Positions 8,451 to 19,678 of a DNA stretch of 37,059 bases are shown one piece after another (the first letter of the stretch is position 1; the number at the start of each line of letters is the position of its first letter). Made by a program: the position numbers and the translations under genes. The notes beneath the pieces are model-generated. The model saw only the letters and a program-made list of their open reading frames with translations, ran no database searches and was not told the DNA's origin. This stretch comes from a bacterium (GTDB lineage Bacteria; CLD3; SB21): positions 1-37,059 of the forward strand of contig JABWCP010000030.1 in the NCBI GenBank assembly GCA_013360215.1. The letters run 5' to 3'.

Positions 8451-9335
8451 TCAAAAACCCATCACTTCGACATTGACGGTTTCGACGCTGTCTATTTTCG
8501 ATCCTAGAAACATTTCGCCCACACGCATAAAGTTCTTAGGAAGATCCGTCACATAAAAGCGGTGGTAGGGCTTTTGTCCGGATGTGTTAAGCAGTTTTTT
8601 TTCATCTAATATCTGTCGGGTTCTTTTGGCTGTTTCGACACCGCTGTCAATCAAAGTGACCGGTCGGCGCATGATCGTATTCATCGCCTCTTGTATCGCA
8701 CCGCTCAATATCGGATAATGCGTACACCCCATGACGAGCGTATCAATGTCTTTATCGGAAAAAACATTCAAATACTCCGCAGCAATGCGTTGTGTCACAT
8801 CATGACGAAGCCACCCTTCTTCGGCCAGCGGTACAAATAACGAACACGGCTGAGAAAACACCTCACATTGGGCATCCAATGTGTGAATGGTTTTTTTATA
8901 CGTTTGCGAATTGACCGTAGTATGCGTTCCGATAACACCGATTTTTTTTCGCAGACTTTTTCGCACGGCCGCTTCCGACCCCGGAACGATCACGCCGATG
9001 ACGGGTATTTTGAACATATTGGATAAAAAGTCGAGTGCTACGGCACTGGCCGTATTGCATGCGATGATGATCATTTTGACATTATGCTCAAGCAAAAAAA
9101 GGCAACTTTGCAACGTAAACGATTTGATCGTACGATCGGATTTGGTTCCGTAGGGTACGCGCGCCGTATCACCGAGATAAATAATACGTTCATGCGGCAG
9201 TTGGTTCATTACCTCTTTGACGACAGTAAGTCCGCCGATGCCCGAATCGAAAATTCCAATCGGTTGTTCCGAAGCCGGGGGCGCCGATTGGATGGCAGGT
9301 ACAACCGAAGGTTCCGGTGTTTGTGAACGCATCAT
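8451..9335 (-). CDS. murI: glutamate racemase
   Basis: IGIFDSGIGGLTV, GDTARVPYGTKS, IACNTAS, MGCTHYP. Confidence 0.97.
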   Translation of the reverse strand: MMRSQTPEPSVVPAIQSAPPASEQPIGIFDSGIGGLTVVKEVMNQLPHERIIYLGDTARVPYGTKSDRTIKSFTLQSCLFLLEHNVKMIIIACNTASAVALDFLSNMFKIPVIGVIVPGSEAAVRKSLRKKIGVIGTHTTVNSQTYKKTIHTLDAQCEVFSQPCSLFVPLAEEGWLRHDVTQRIAAEYLNVFSDKDIDTLVMGCTHYPILSGAIQEAMNTIMRRPVTLIDSGVETAKRTRQILDEKKLLNTSGQKPYHRFYVTDLPKNFMRVGEMFLGSKIDSVETVNVEVMGF

Positions 9336-10780
9336 ATATTTTCTTTCGCTTCCTGGATGTTCAGTTCCAGCTCTTTGAGCTTTTGCTGAAGATATTGCCG
9401 TTTCATACCGAGTTTGTTCGCTGTTTGCGATATGTTCCAGTTATTCATGCGAACCGCTTCCATAAAAAATTCGCGCTCAAACGTCTGTACGACACGATGC
9501 TTGGCATCCTGAAAATTAATATCGCCTTTTTCCAGCATATCGCGTACGCCCAGTGTCGTCGGTCGTCCTCCGCCGATGATCTCAGATGGCAAAATGTCGC
9601 GCCGGATTTCTTCTTCAGTACTAAGCACGACACAACGCTCTACCACGTTGATCAATTCGCGTACATTGCCGGGCCACTCGTATTCGAGCATCGCTTTGAG
9701 CGCGTCCTGCGAAAAACGCGTCACCTGCGCTTTATGTTTTTGTGCAAACATCACAAGGTAATGATTCACCAAAAGATGAATATCCTCCGAGCGGGACCGC
9801 AGCGGCGGCAATTCGATCTCAACAACATTGATACGATAATACAAATCTTCGCGAAACTGACCGTCGCGGATAAATCGCGCCAGGTCGCGGTGCGTTGCGC
9901 TCAGAATGCGTACATCCACGCTGATGGATTCGGTACCGCCGACGCGTTCAAACTTTCGCTCCTGGATGACACGCAAAACTTTGGCCTGCGTTTCAAGCGA
10001 CATATCGCCGATTTCATCCAAAAACAACGTGCCGCCATCGGCCAATTCAAACCGCCCTTGTTTGGAAGATATGGCGCCGGTAAATGCGCCTTTTTCGTAA
10101 CCGAAAAGTTCCGACTCGATAAGCTCTTTGGGCAGTGCGGCGCAATTGATCGAAATAAAAGGGCCGTTACGACGATCGCTTTTTTCATGTATCGTGCGGG
10201 CGACTAACTCTTTTCCGGTGCCGCTTTCGCCGCGTATCAGTACCGTTATATTATTTCGGCTTACCCGTTCCAGTAAATCATACACCTGACGCATGGGTTT
10301 GCTGCTGCCGACAAATTGCCCGAAACCTTTGGCTTCTTTGAGCTCGGCACGTAATCGTTCGTTTTCATGCACGACGGCGATTTGTTGTGCCGCATGCGAT
10401 ACGAGCGCTCGCAATTCTTCGATATCGTAGGGTTTGGCCAAATAATTAAACGCACCGGATTTGATAGCCTCGACGGCAAGACGTTCCGATCCGTGCGCCG
10501 TGATCACGATGACAAAACAATGCGGTGTACGTTCTTTTATTTTTTTCAGCAAATCCATGCCGTTCATGCCGGCCATGGATACATCCGTAATGACGATATC
10601 AAAGGGATTATTGGCCATGAGATTGAGCGCCGATAATCCGTCGTCGGCTTCCGATAATTTGTAACCTTCGGGTTTGAGCGCTTTGAGCATACCATAACGC
10701 GCCGCTTTTTCATCATCCACGACGAGAATGCGAATATGCGATGTGTGCTCTTGAGAAGATTCGACCGGTATGTCACTCAT
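9332..10780 (-). CDS. sigma-54-dependent response regulator (NtrC/AtoC family)
   Basis: REC domain (ILVVDDE, DVSM, KP), GESGTGKE, GAFTGA, LFLDEIGD, WPGNVREL and a Fis-type HTH. Confidence 0.95.
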   Translation of the reverse strand: MSDIPVESSQEHTSHIRILVVDDEKAARYGMLKALKPEGYKLSEADDGLSALNLMANNPFDIVITDVSMAGMNGMDLLKKIKERTPHCFVIVITAHGSERLAVEAIKSGAFNYLAKPYDIEELRALVSHAAQQIAVVHENERLRAELKEAKGFGQFVGSSKPMRQVYDLLERVSRNNITVLIRGESGTGKELVARTIHEKSDRRNGPFISINCAALPKELIESELFGYEKGAFTGAISSKQGRFELADGGTLFLDEIGDMSLETQAKVLRVIQERKFERVGGTESISVDVRILSATHRDLARFIRDGQFREDLYYRINVVEIELPPLRSRSEDIHLLVNHYLVMFAQKHKAQVTRFSQDALKAMLEYEWPGNVRELINVVERCVVLSTEEEIRRDILPSEIIGGGRPTTLGVRDMLEKGDINFQDAKHRVVQTFEREFFMEAVRMNNWNISQTANKLGMKRQYLQQKLKELELNIQEAKENI

Positions 10781-13080
10781 GATCGGGATGTACTTTCGCT
10801 GGGAATATACACTTCAAACGACGTTCCTACCTGGAGTTCGCTGCGTAAAACGAGACGACCTCCGAGTGCTTGTATTTTATTTTTAACTATAGCGAGACCC
10901 AAACCGGTACCTTCGCTTTTGGTTGTAAAAAATGGTTTAAAAATTTCGCCCAAGCGTTCCGGCGGAATACCGTGCCCCGTATCCGTTATGGCGATTCGTA
11001 AACATTTTGTTTTACCGGCTTCGGGCGGAAGTATGATTTCCGTACCGGGATCTTTTTTAATCGCTTCTATTTTTTTTGCTGTGACGGCTTCAGCGCTCCA
11101 TTCCGTCCAACCAGCCGACGGATCGTCGGGATAAAGTTTGTCAAAAACGCCGACTTCCGTTTCCGCTCCGCCGATAAAATAGTTGGCGTCCATTTGTACG
11201 TACGCGCCATGGATCATCAGACGTCCGCCTTCGGGCATGGATTGGATCGCGTTGATAATAAGGTTAAATATGATTTCTTTCAAGTCGCCTTGGCGTGAGC
11301 GAATGACGAGCGGTGCATGGTCATAACGCGTAAAAATGCGGATATTGCGAACCCGCGTTTCCTGACGTGAGATCGTAAGGATGGCATCTATAATTTTGAT
11401 AATATCAATACGATCCATGCCCGAACTGTCGCTTCGTGCAAAACGCAGAAGCTGATTGACAACGGATGACAAGCGATCAATTTCTTCGTTAATAATTTCC
11501 AAATCCTGGATCGCTTCCGTGTCGGTGTTTTCCTTTTTTTTCTGATCGTGCATAGATTGCACGATACTTTTGATGGAGCTCAGCGGATTTTTCACTTCGT
11601 GCGCAATACTGGTGGACAACATACCCAGCGACGTCAGTTTGTCCGCTTCAAACATTTTGGATTCGAGTTCGATACGACGTTGGAGAAGCTGTATGTTTTC
11701 GATAGAAATCGCAACCTGACTCGCTACTGTAAGTAATAATTCTTTTTCTTCGAATTCAAAATCCTCATTGCTCTTCTTTTTTCCGATCGCCAAGATCCCT
11801 ACCAGTTCGTTATCCAAAACAATCCCGAGATAAATTTGATACGGCACTTCGGCACTGCGAAGGTGAAAAATGTTCATCTTCCGCGCATCATACAGACCGT
11901 TTCCTTTTTGAATATGGCGCGTAATCTTTTCAAGATTAAACGTTTTGATATCACCGTATGCATGCACGATACTGTATAGCGTTCGCTCTCCGGATACGGT
12001 TTTATTCAACGTGTATAGCCCGACTTCTTCGACATGCAGTGCATCCACGATACCGGCACGAACAGCTTTTGTCAATTCGGCGAGATTGGCGGCGCTGACG
12101 ATATGCTCCGTGATCTTACGAATCAACGATTGGAAATACGATTTTTCATGCAACGCAAATTGTCCCGCGATGCGGCGTACAAGGTATTTGGTCGGTTCGT
12201 ATATGAGAAACAACATGGATACAAGCACGATCTCAAGAAATTCGACGTTTAATTCAGGATTTTCCTCCGCCATTTTGCGAAGCGCTTTGGAGCTCATAAT
12301 GAATACTACGAGAAAAACACCCGAAATGGTGATCAATAAAAACCGACGCCTTGCGACCGTCGAATAAAAAGGATATTTGTACAGCAGATACACCATCGCA
12401 CCCGTCGGTATCAACGACGAAATCATAATCATGTTTTTGAGCGACCGATCCAGACGCACGTTGCCTGTACCGCCATAAAAATAGAAATACACCAAAAGCA
12501 CGGAGATGACGATCGTGATGATAAGTTCGACGATAAAAAATTGTCGCCATTTTTCGTTGCGGCTGAGACGTATAATGCGTGACGATAAAAAACCGGAAAC
12601 TAATAAACATACGATCAGCCAAAAAACATAAGGCGGTATAAAACTCATGCCCTCATCCAGAATGCGGCGACGTCCGTCAATGATCGTGTATTGGCTAAAA
12701 TAAAGTATCGCCAAAATCGGCGCATACATAATGTAGGGAAACCAGGCTAATATACGTGAGCGGCGGTTGATCAGATTGAGCACGTATTCCAAAAACGACG
12801 CATGCAGATGCACGACGAGCGGCGGAAAAAACGCTATCGCATACAAAGAGATGTAACGGAGTTCGGAGTAAATCTCCAGCGCCGGGCGGCCAAATACTTG
12901 TTTGATGAGCATTCCGAGAAACTGAAATCCGTGCCAAAACGTAAGTATCGCCACGAATACCAGAAACACATATTCATGCTTCAGTTTATTCTGACGCTTG
13001 AGAGTCTCGGCAAACAGCACGCTATAAAGTATCGCGCCGACAAAAAAACCGAGCAGAACTATAAGATCGTAGCCTAACAT
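10777..13080 (-). CDS. multi-TM, GAF-containing sensor histidine kinase
   Basis: Hydrophobic N-terminal region, GAF-like segment, H-box AHEVKNPL, NLIINA, DTGHGI, FFTTK, GTGLGL. Confidence 0.93.
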   Translation of the reverse strand: MLGYDLIVLLGFFVGAILYSVLFAETLKRQNKLKHEYVFLVFVAILTFWHGFQFLGMLIKQVFGRPALEIYSELRYISLYAIAFFPPLVVHLHASFLEYVLNLINRRSRILAWFPYIMYAPILAILYFSQYTIIDGRRRILDEGMSFIPPYVFWLIVCLLVSGFLSSRIIRLSRNEKWRQFFIVELIITIVISVLLVYFYFYGGTGNVRLDRSLKNMIMISSLIPTGAMVYLLYKYPFYSTVARRRFLLITISGVFLVVFIMSSKALRKMAEENPELNVEFLEIVLVSMLFLIYEPTKYLVRRIAGQFALHEKSYFQSLIRKITEHIVSAANLAELTKAVRAGIVDALHVEEVGLYTLNKTVSGERTLYSIVHAYGDIKTFNLEKITRHIQKGNGLYDARKMNIFHLRSAEVPYQIYLGIVLDNELVGILAIGKKKSNEDFEFEEKELLLTVASQVAISIENIQLLQRRIELESKMFEADKLTSLGMLSTSIAHEVKNPLSSIKSIVQSMHDQKKKENTDTEAIQDLEIINEEIDRLSSVVNQLLRFARSDSSGMDRIDIIKIIDAILTISRQETRVRNIRIFTRYDHAPLVIRSRQGDLKEIIFNLIINAIQSMPEGGRLMIHGAYVQMDANYFIGGAETEVGVFDKLYPDDPSAGWTEWSAEAVTAKKIEAIKKDPGTEIILPPEAGKTKCLRIAITDTGHGIPPERLGEIFKPFFTTKSEGTGLGLAIVKNKIQALGGRLVLRSELQVGTSFEVYIPSESTSRS

Positions 13081-13083
13081 AGT

Positions 13084-15489
13084 TTACCGAGTGCGTTGTA
13101 TGGATTTACCATCGAGCCAAAACTGAACAGCGCCCCATTGGTCCGTTCGTAAGATCTGCGTACCGGCATTGCGCCAGGCATTTACGGTTTCCAAATCAGG
13201 GTGACCGAATTTATTTCCTTCTCCGCAAGATATTACCGCGTACGCCGGAGACGCGGCTTGGATCAATTTTGCCGTCGTACCGTTGGAAGAACCGTGATGT
13301 GCGATTTTGACAATATCGGCCTTTATCACCATCCCGGAATCGGACAACGCATCCCACGTTTCGGTCTCTGCATCCCCGCTAAATAAAATCCGATTTTCGC
13401 CGTATTCCAAAACAAATACAAGCGACGTATTATTGATATCATACGGCGGCGGCTCATCGCTTCGCACGAACGATACCCCGGGATGCAGTATACGTATTCG
13501 CGTCTCCGGACCAAAGGTAACAACCCGGTCCTTTTGCAAAACTTGATAATCTATAGATTTTTCAGCAATGGTATTCAAAATATTTTTATAAATCGCCGAC
13601 GGATAATATTGACCCGGATCAAAAACCCGTTTTACATTAAAATAATTGAGTAAAAATCCGGCGCCGCCGATGTGATCGTCATGCGGATGCGATAAAATCA
13701 ACGCATCAATCGAAGTAATCCCTTGTTTCCACAAATAAGGCGCGACAACCCGCTCGCCATAATCAAACTGCGGATCCTGATCTCCTGCATCGATCACGAT
13801 CGTACGCCCATCATCCAGATGTACGACACACGCATCGCCTTGACCCACATCTAAAAATGTAATCACCGTTTTTTTAGAAGTCGGTATATTTTGGAAAATC
13901 ACTCCAACACTTAAAGCTGCAATAACAACCCAAACGGCCCAGCGGCGCACCAATTTCCTGTCCCAAAAAAACCACACGGCCAGCAATAAATAATAAACGC
14001 TCAATACGATCATATCCATGCGGTAAAACTGCGTGTAGGCAAAGGGAAGTTTAACGGAAAACCGGGCCGTGGCGATCATCAATCCGATCAGATAATCGTT
14101 GAGATGGGCATACCATTGGGCAAGAGTAAACGAAAAGGAACCGACTATCGCGGACAAAAATCCCAAAGCCATCACCGCCGATGAAATCGGTGATATAAAA
14201 ACATTTGCTATCAACGCAGTAAGTGGAATTTTATAAAAATAATATGCCGTAAACGGTAAAGTACCGATTTGCGCCGCTACCGACACCAATAACCCCATAA
14301 TGACCCATCGCAACACCGCCGGCGTACGTTCCGTTAGAATTCGTCGCTTTTTGCACCATGCTTCCAGACGCGGATAGATAATAACCAATGACAACACCGC
14401 CAAAAACGAGAGCTGTAAACCGATATCAAAAATCGCCAAAGGATCCCAAAAGAGAATGATCAGCAGTGAAACGCACAGAGAATTGATAATATTCGTTCGA
14501 CGCTCCAATAACGTACCGAATAACACGACGCCGGTCATGATACCGGCACGCACCGCCGGCGGCACAAAATCGGCTATCCACACATACAAAAAAAGACTGA
14601 TCAGCGTAAGAATAATACGCCATGCGTACGGCACACGTAAGACACTAAATAGTCCGAGGATTAAAAGCGAAATAAAAACCACATGTAAACCGCTGATCGA
14701 AAGAATGTGAATCGCGCCGCTATACGAAAATGCATTAAGAATCTCCTGCGGTATATCGCTGCGATCACCGACGATAAGACCACTGGCTATGGCGGCATGC
14801 AGCGGCGGAAGCGTTTTTTCATTGAGCTCAATGATAAAGTGTTTGATCGGTAAGATAAAAAATTCTGTCACCGGATTCAGTGACGTATGACCTTCGATGC
14901 GAATATTGGCCGCGTCGCCGGCATACATGACACCATATAATCCGTGGTATGCAGCATACGCCGCAAAATCAAACTCTCCCGGATTACGACTTCCGCGCGG
15001 AGAACGCAGATACCCCCAAATCGAAATGCGATCGCCATACGCCGGGCGAACGGTCGAATCAGTAAAGCATACAACCTGGATTTTTCCAGACGACGGTAAA
15101 ATTAAATTTCGGGTAAAAACGACCGAGTCGGTTTCCACCGCAAAACGTGTTCGCTGAGTGTTGATTTGAGGATCGTTGACGACAGTCCCGTGTACCAATA
15201 CTTTCTGATTCAAATCAAGGTAAGATGAAACGTGATGCGCTTGAAATTGGTTATCGGGCATACGGCCCAATACAAGAAAAAACACGACGGTGACTTGAAC
15301 AAACAAACCCCAAAAGTGATTTTGGAAGCGCCAATACAAAACGATACCGGTCAAAACAACGAGCGAAGATACAATGGCATTATTTATCGGCCAATGGATT
15401 TCCGGAGATACTGCATCGAGAATAAGTATGGAAACGATGTAGAGAATGGTAAGCTTGAGCGCGGGATAAACCGATGTATCGCTTCGCAT
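13084..15489 (-). CDS. comEC: DNA internalization competence protein ComEC/Rec2
   Basis: RNPGEFDF, HILSISGLHV, GLQLSF, FLDVGQGD, SHPHDDHIGG, HHGS. Confidence 0.96.
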   Translation of the reverse strand: MRSDTSVYPALKLTILYIVSILILDAVSPEIHWPINNAIVSSLVVLTGIVLYWRFQNHFWGLFVQVTVVFFLVLGRMPDNQFQAHHVSSYLDLNQKVLVHGTVVNDPQINTQRTRFAVETDSVVFTRNLILPSSGKIQVVCFTDSTVRPAYGDRISIWGYLRSPRGSRNPGEFDFAAYAAYHGLYGVMYAGDAANIRIEGHTSLNPVTEFFILPIKHFIIELNEKTLPPLHAAIASGLIVGDRSDIPQEILNAFSYSGAIHILSISGLHVVFISLLILGLFSVLRVPYAWRIILTLISLFLYVWIADFVPPAVRAGIMTGVVLFGTLLERRTNIINSLCVSLLIILFWDPLAIFDIGLQLSFLAVLSLVIIYPRLEAWCKKRRILTERTPAVLRWVIMGLLVSVAAQIGTLPFTAYYFYKIPLTALIANVFISPISSAVMALGFLSAIVGSFSFTLAQWYAHLNDYLIGLMIATARFSVKLPFAYTQFYRMDMIVLSVYYLLLAVWFFWDRKLVRRWAVWVVIAALSVGVIFQNIPTSKKTVITFLDVGQGDACVVHLDDGRTIVIDAGDQDPQFDYGERVVAPYLWKQGITSIDALILSHPHDDHIGGAGFLLNYFNVKRVFDPGQYYPSAIYKNILNTIAEKSIDYQVLQKDRVVTFGPETRIRILHPGVSFVRSDEPPPYDINNTSLVFVLEYGENRILFSGDAETETWDALSDSGMVIKADIVKIAHHGSSNGTTAKLIQAASPAYAVISCGEGNKFGHPDLETVNAWRNAGTQILRTDQWGAVQFWLDGKSIQRTR

Positions 15490-15490
15490 A

Positions 15491-16243
15491 TCAAAGAATG
15501 CCGACAGCCGGTCGTTTTATCCATCCCACGTTTCCGTCATCCAAACGCAGTTCCAACCATTCGTTGCGCTCCGATCGAATAACAGCTTTCGTGCCTTCGT
15601 GCAGTATGAATACGGTCGTTGATGTTTCAATCGGTTCATTTTTAATTTCCACATAAGGAACCAAAATCACGGCTTCGACCCGATTGGATTCGCTGTAGGC
15701 ACGCCATAAAAAAACAGATGCGTTGATACAAAGAAGTGTGATCCATACCATGCGCAATATCCGGCCCGTGCGCGCCCTTCGCCATTGCGGGCGTACTCTT
15801 TGAGCAACCAATAAAGCGACAAATCCGTTTACAATACAAACCAGCACAAAACCCCATTCGGCAAGCGAAATCGCTTGAAGCGTAGCGATCATCCATACGA
15901 CCCATTCCGGTCTGGGCGGTGTGACGATTTTATCTTTAAGCTGCAGACGTGTCAATTCGAGATTAAACCGTACATCTTCGTCGGCAGGATGCAAACGTAA
16001 TGCTTTTTCGTAATAAAACACGGCCATACCAAATTGTTTCGTCCGGTAATAGGTATTGGCTAAATTATAAAACAACGCGCCGGAAACCGAACCTTGATCA
16101 ACGAGTTTTTGGTATGCATCACGGGCCGCTACAAAATCACGCGCCTCATAAAAAGCATGCGCCTTCGCAAACAGGGTATCATTTTCCTGTGCCCATAACA
16201 CCGGTGCAGCGCTCATCACGATCCAAAATAAAAAACGATTCAT
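15491..16243 (-). CDS. batE: BatE-like TPR + SH3 protein
   Basis: Signal peptide, TPR (YNLANTYYR..YEKALRLHP), two TM segments, SH3 (LHEGTK..W..GNVGWI). Lies downstream of batD. Confidence 0.85.
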   Translation of the reverse strand: MNRFLFWIVMSAAPVLWAQENDTLFAKAHAFYEARDFVAARDAYQKLVDQGSVSGALFYNLANTYYRTKQFGMAVFYYEKALRLHPADEDVRFNLELTRLQLKDKIVTPPRPEWVVWMIATLQAISLAEWGFVLVCIVNGFVALLVAQRVRPQWRRARTGRILRMVWITLLCINASVFLWRAYSESNRVEAVILVPYVEIKNEPIETSTTVFILHEGTKAVIRSERNEWLELRLDDGNVGWIKRPAVGIL

Positions 16244-18021
16244 AGCGCATTGTCCATATTTAAAATAGCTGCACGAATACGCTCGTACGCATCATCCATC
16301 CGTGCGCGCGACTTCCCGTCGGGTGAAAAACGCGCTTCATCACACATGTGCATGCAGTCCATATATTCCGTTATCAAATTGTTTTCCACATTCCGTTCGC
16401 GCAAAATTTCTGTTATGTGCTCGCGAGTGTACACATTTTCACCGACATGCAATTTATCGGTGATAAGGCCGTTTAATGTTTTGGAAAGTTCGGTATAAAA
16501 CGAATCCTGTTGATTGGATTTCATCAACGCTTCAGCCGCTTTGAGACGTTTACGCGCCAGGGGACTGGCTTTGCGATATCGCAAACCGATACCGTCTTTT
16601 TGCAATTCTTCGTGTTTAATCGCCCACACATATACCGTACCCCACAAAAGAAGCGGAAATATCATTCCCGCGATAAACCACCAGCGAAAATAAACCGGCG
16701 CATAACTTTCTTCCGAAAGATTTTCCGTTTTGATAAAACGAATGTCTTTCGCCAACAACGCGATTTCCTCTTTACTCAGCGCGTTATGCGAAAAAATACC
16801 GCCTCCCGTACCTTGTGCTATGGTCACACGGTGAGGACCTGATGATTTAGTAACGTATTTTTTCAAAACCGGATCGTAATAAGAGAGATTAAAAACCGGT
16901 ATCTCCACTTGGCGCGGTAGCCGCGGCACACCGACATATTCAAAAACTTTACTGCCGCTGACGAGATTAGAATTTTTATTCAGCGTTTCGGACGATTTCG
17001 GATCGTACCGCTCAAAATCATCGCCGAAAGGCGTCGGTGGAATCTCGGCGGATTTAATGTTTCCTGTTCCCGATATGGTGATCGTATACGTCAGCGCTTC
17101 ACCCGTTTTCAAACTGTTTTTGTCAACCGCTGTTTTTACGTCAAATTGTCCGACCAAACCCGAAAAATCCGACGGCGCATTTTCTTTGGGCAACGGGAGA
17201 ATATTCAGCTTCACAGGTTCCGATTGCAACTTGACCGTAGCTGTCTGTCCGAAAGGATCGCCGAACGGAGAAAATAAATCATCCAACGAGTTTCTGCTGC
17301 GGCGTGGAATGCGCAGTTCGCATTCGATTTCCGACGGATCTATCGTTAGCAAACCGGATCGCGTTGCAAAAAGCCCTACCCGCTTGATCGTATATACCGC
17401 ATACGCCACGCCGTTGATTTGTTCACGGGTAGATTGTATTTGTTGCGGCATGGGAAATTCTTCAGCCCAAAATCCTGTAAAACCCGGCATCCGGCTTGGC
17501 GCGTATTGAGTGATCGGAATCCGGCTGTAAATTTTTAGTTCGGCCGTAATTTGTTCACCTTGGAACGCTTCTTTTTTGGAAACCGTCAATGCGAGAAACG
17601 CATCGTTAGTTTTTTCCGAACGCTGGGAACCGGATATGCTTCCGCCCGGAACGACTTCGATCGTGAGCGCCTGCGAGGATACCGTTTTTCCGTCCACACC
17701 CACGGCCACTGGAGGGATCGTCCAGCGACCCACATCTTTCGCACGCAAAATAAAATCGTACGATTTGGACATGGAGCGACGACCGTTGATAATAGATATG
17801 GACGTGGATTCGCCCGCACCCTGATGCATGACCTCAAGGCCTTTCATTTCAGGCAATTGGGGAAGCGATGTGATGCGCAGGTTTTCGCCCGACACTTCGA
17901 TGCGCAGTTGAAATGACGTACCTTGTTCGATGACGGACTGCTCTACAGAAGCCACGCATTGGACGGTCTGCGCTTGCAACGCCGAATACGATAAAAAAAT
18001 TAAAATCGCTACACTTCGCAT
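16240..18021 (-). CDS. batD: BatD family protein
   Basis: ISIINGR, GFWAEE, PSDFSGLVGQF, GTGNIK, YYDP, DIRFIK, DEARFSP. ATG 18021 gives a clean signal peptide; the ORF extends to TTG 18090. Confidence 0.9.
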   Translation of the reverse strand: MRSVAILIFLSYSALQAQTVQCVASVEQSVIEQGTSFQLRIEVSGENLRITSLPQLPEMKGLEVMHQGAGESTSISIINGRRSMSKSYDFILRAKDVGRWTIPPVAVGVDGKTVSSQALTIEVVPGGSISGSQRSEKTNDAFLALTVSKKEAFQGEQITAELKIYSRIPITQYAPSRMPGFTGFWAEEFPMPQQIQSTREQINGVAYAVYTIKRVGLFATRSGLLTIDPSEIECELRIPRRSRNSLDDLFSPFGDPFGQTATVKLQSEPVKLNILPLPKENAPSDFSGLVGQFDVKTAVDKNSLKTGEALTYTITISGTGNIKSAEIPPTPFGDDFERYDPKSSETLNKNSNLVSGSKVFEYVGVPRLPRQVEIPVFNLSYYDPVLKKYVTKSSGPHRVTIAQGTGGGIFSHNALSKEEIALLAKDIRFIKTENLSEESYAPVYFRWWFIAGMIFPLLLWGTVYVWAIKHEELQKDGIGLRYRKASPLARKRLKAAEALMKSNQQDSFYTELSKTLNGLITDKLHVGENVYTREHITEILRERNVENNLITEYMDCMHMCDEARFSPDGKSRARMDDAYERIRAAILNMDNAL

Positions 18022-18086
18022 GACGTGTTGACTAAAGCCGATGATGTGTTTTACCTGATCTATACGCAAAAAGCTCACAATAGGAT

Positions 18087-18704
18087 TCAATCTATAATTT
18101 TGAGAAAACGCAATTCTTTGCGCAGCTGATCCGGATTTTTGTAATGAATCGCGTGTATGCCCAGTCTCTTCGCCGCCTCGGCGTTTTGTTCACGGTCATC
18201 TATGAAAACGCATTCTTCAGGTTTACTATGCGTAATCCGGAGCGCTGTTTCGTAAATTTCTTTGGTCGGTTTGGTAACACCCAAATAACATGAAGAACAA
18301 AACACCTGAAAATACTGTTTGAGCTTGAAACGCGCGATGCGGTATTCGTTCAGCGGCAGCGATTCATTGTTCAATGTGGCCATAAAACAACGGCCCGCCT
18401 GCGCGACTTCCGTCAGCACATCCATTCCCGGTAGAAGCTCGGATTGGCCAAACATGGATTCTTTAAACGGCTCGCGGGCGACGTGATGCATATCAAAGAG
18501 CGTCATATCAAGATATTCATCCAGCGAATAATGCCCGGTCTCAAATCCTGCGGCGACTTCACGATGACGGTCGCCGAATTCGTCTAAATGTTGTTTTTCC
18601 GTAATTCCATGCGAATTCAGCACTTTGATTCGCTGTTCGCGATCCCAGGCATTGGTCAAAACTACTCCGCCGAGATCCCAAAACATCGTCGTGATGGGTC
18701 GCAT
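18087..18704 (-). CDS. HAD family phosphatase
   Basis: FWDLGGVVLT, LNNE, KP..EIY, FIDDREQN. Confidence 0.9.
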   Translation of the reverse strand: MRPITTMFWDLGGVVLTNAWDREQRIKVLNSHGITEKQHLDEFGDRHREVAAGFETGHYSLDEYLDMTLFDMHHVAREPFKESMFGQSELLPGMDVLTEVAQAGRCFMATLNNESLPLNEYRIARFKLKQYFQVFCSSCYLGVTKPTKEIYETALRITHSKPEECVFIDDREQNAEAAKRLGIHAIHYKNPDQLRKELRFLKIID

Positions 18705-18889
18705 AGTCGTGCTCTTTCAATTAAGTGTTTTTTTAAAATTGAAACGAGGGAACTTATACAGTGCACAGGCTTTTTTCAATACCTATATGCTAAAAGAATT
18801 TACTGAGGAGCATATCCGTTTCCGTCATTAACGTTCCTCTTTCCTGGCATGGCGTTTCGCTTGATAAAAAAGCGGAATATGGTTATAGT

Positions 18890-19666
18890 GTGATCATGAG
18901 CAATACCTTGCACGATGATATCCGTAGATTGTTGATTCAGGAACAGGATTTGTACGGCGATGAATTTACCCGCGACCCCGCCGCTTCCGGTCTTTGGAAT
19001 CATGTCTCATGGGATACGCCGGAATATTCTACCACCGATGATGAAAGGCCGCCGGTTGTCGCCGAGCGGATCGAAACCGACATGCCCAAAAACATCCCCC
19101 TTCCGACGTTATCCGCTCTCCAGCAAACCATCAGTACCTGCACCAAATGCGAATTGTGCAAAACGCGCAAGCAAACAGTGTTTGGCTCCGGTAATCCGAA
19201 TGCCGACATCATGTTTATCGGTGAAGCGCCGGGTGCCGATGAAGATGAACAAGGTTTACCTTTCGTAGGTCGCGCCGGTCAGCTTTTGACGAAGATGATC
19301 GAAGAGCCGCGTTCTCTCAATCTGCCGCGTTCGGAAGTGTATATAGCCAATATCCTGAAGTGCCGACCGCCGGGCAACCGTAAACCTTTACCCGCCGAAG
19401 TCGCACAGTGCGAACCTTATCTCATCACGCAGATCGAATTGATCAAGCCGCGTATTATTTGTGCACTCGGTGCGACATCCGCCAATACGTTACTGAAAAA
19501 CAACACACCGATCGGTGCGATGCGCGGGCAAACGTTTGATTATCACGGCGTACCTTTACTCATAACGTACCATCCGGCCGCTTTGCTGCGCAACCCCAAT
19601 TGGAAAAAACCGGCCTGGGACGATATGCTTACACTCCGCGCCATGTATGACAAATTGAAAAAATAA
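18890..19666 (+). CDS. udg: uracil-DNA glycosylase family 4 (Fe-S)
   Basis: [42 protein letters not shown]. Start may be 18896. Confidence 0.95.
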   Translation: MIMSNTLHDDIRRLLIQEQDLYGDEFTRDPAASGLWNHVSWDTPEYSTTDDERPPVVAERIETDMPKNIPLPTLSALQQTISTCTKCELCKTRKQTVFGSGNPNADIMFIGEAPGADEDEQGLPFVGRAGQLLTKMIEEPRSLNLPRSEVYIANILKCRPPGNRKPLPAEVAQCEPYLITQIELIKPRIICALGATSANTLLKNNTPIGAMRGQTFDYHGVPLLITYHPAALLRNPNWKKPAWDDMLTLRAMYDKLKK

Positions 19667-19678
19667 ACACCACTTCTC

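Noticed and set aside
9317..10207. 296-aa plus-strand ORF
   Set aside because: Antisense shadow of the conserved sigma54 AAA+ domain, a common artefact.
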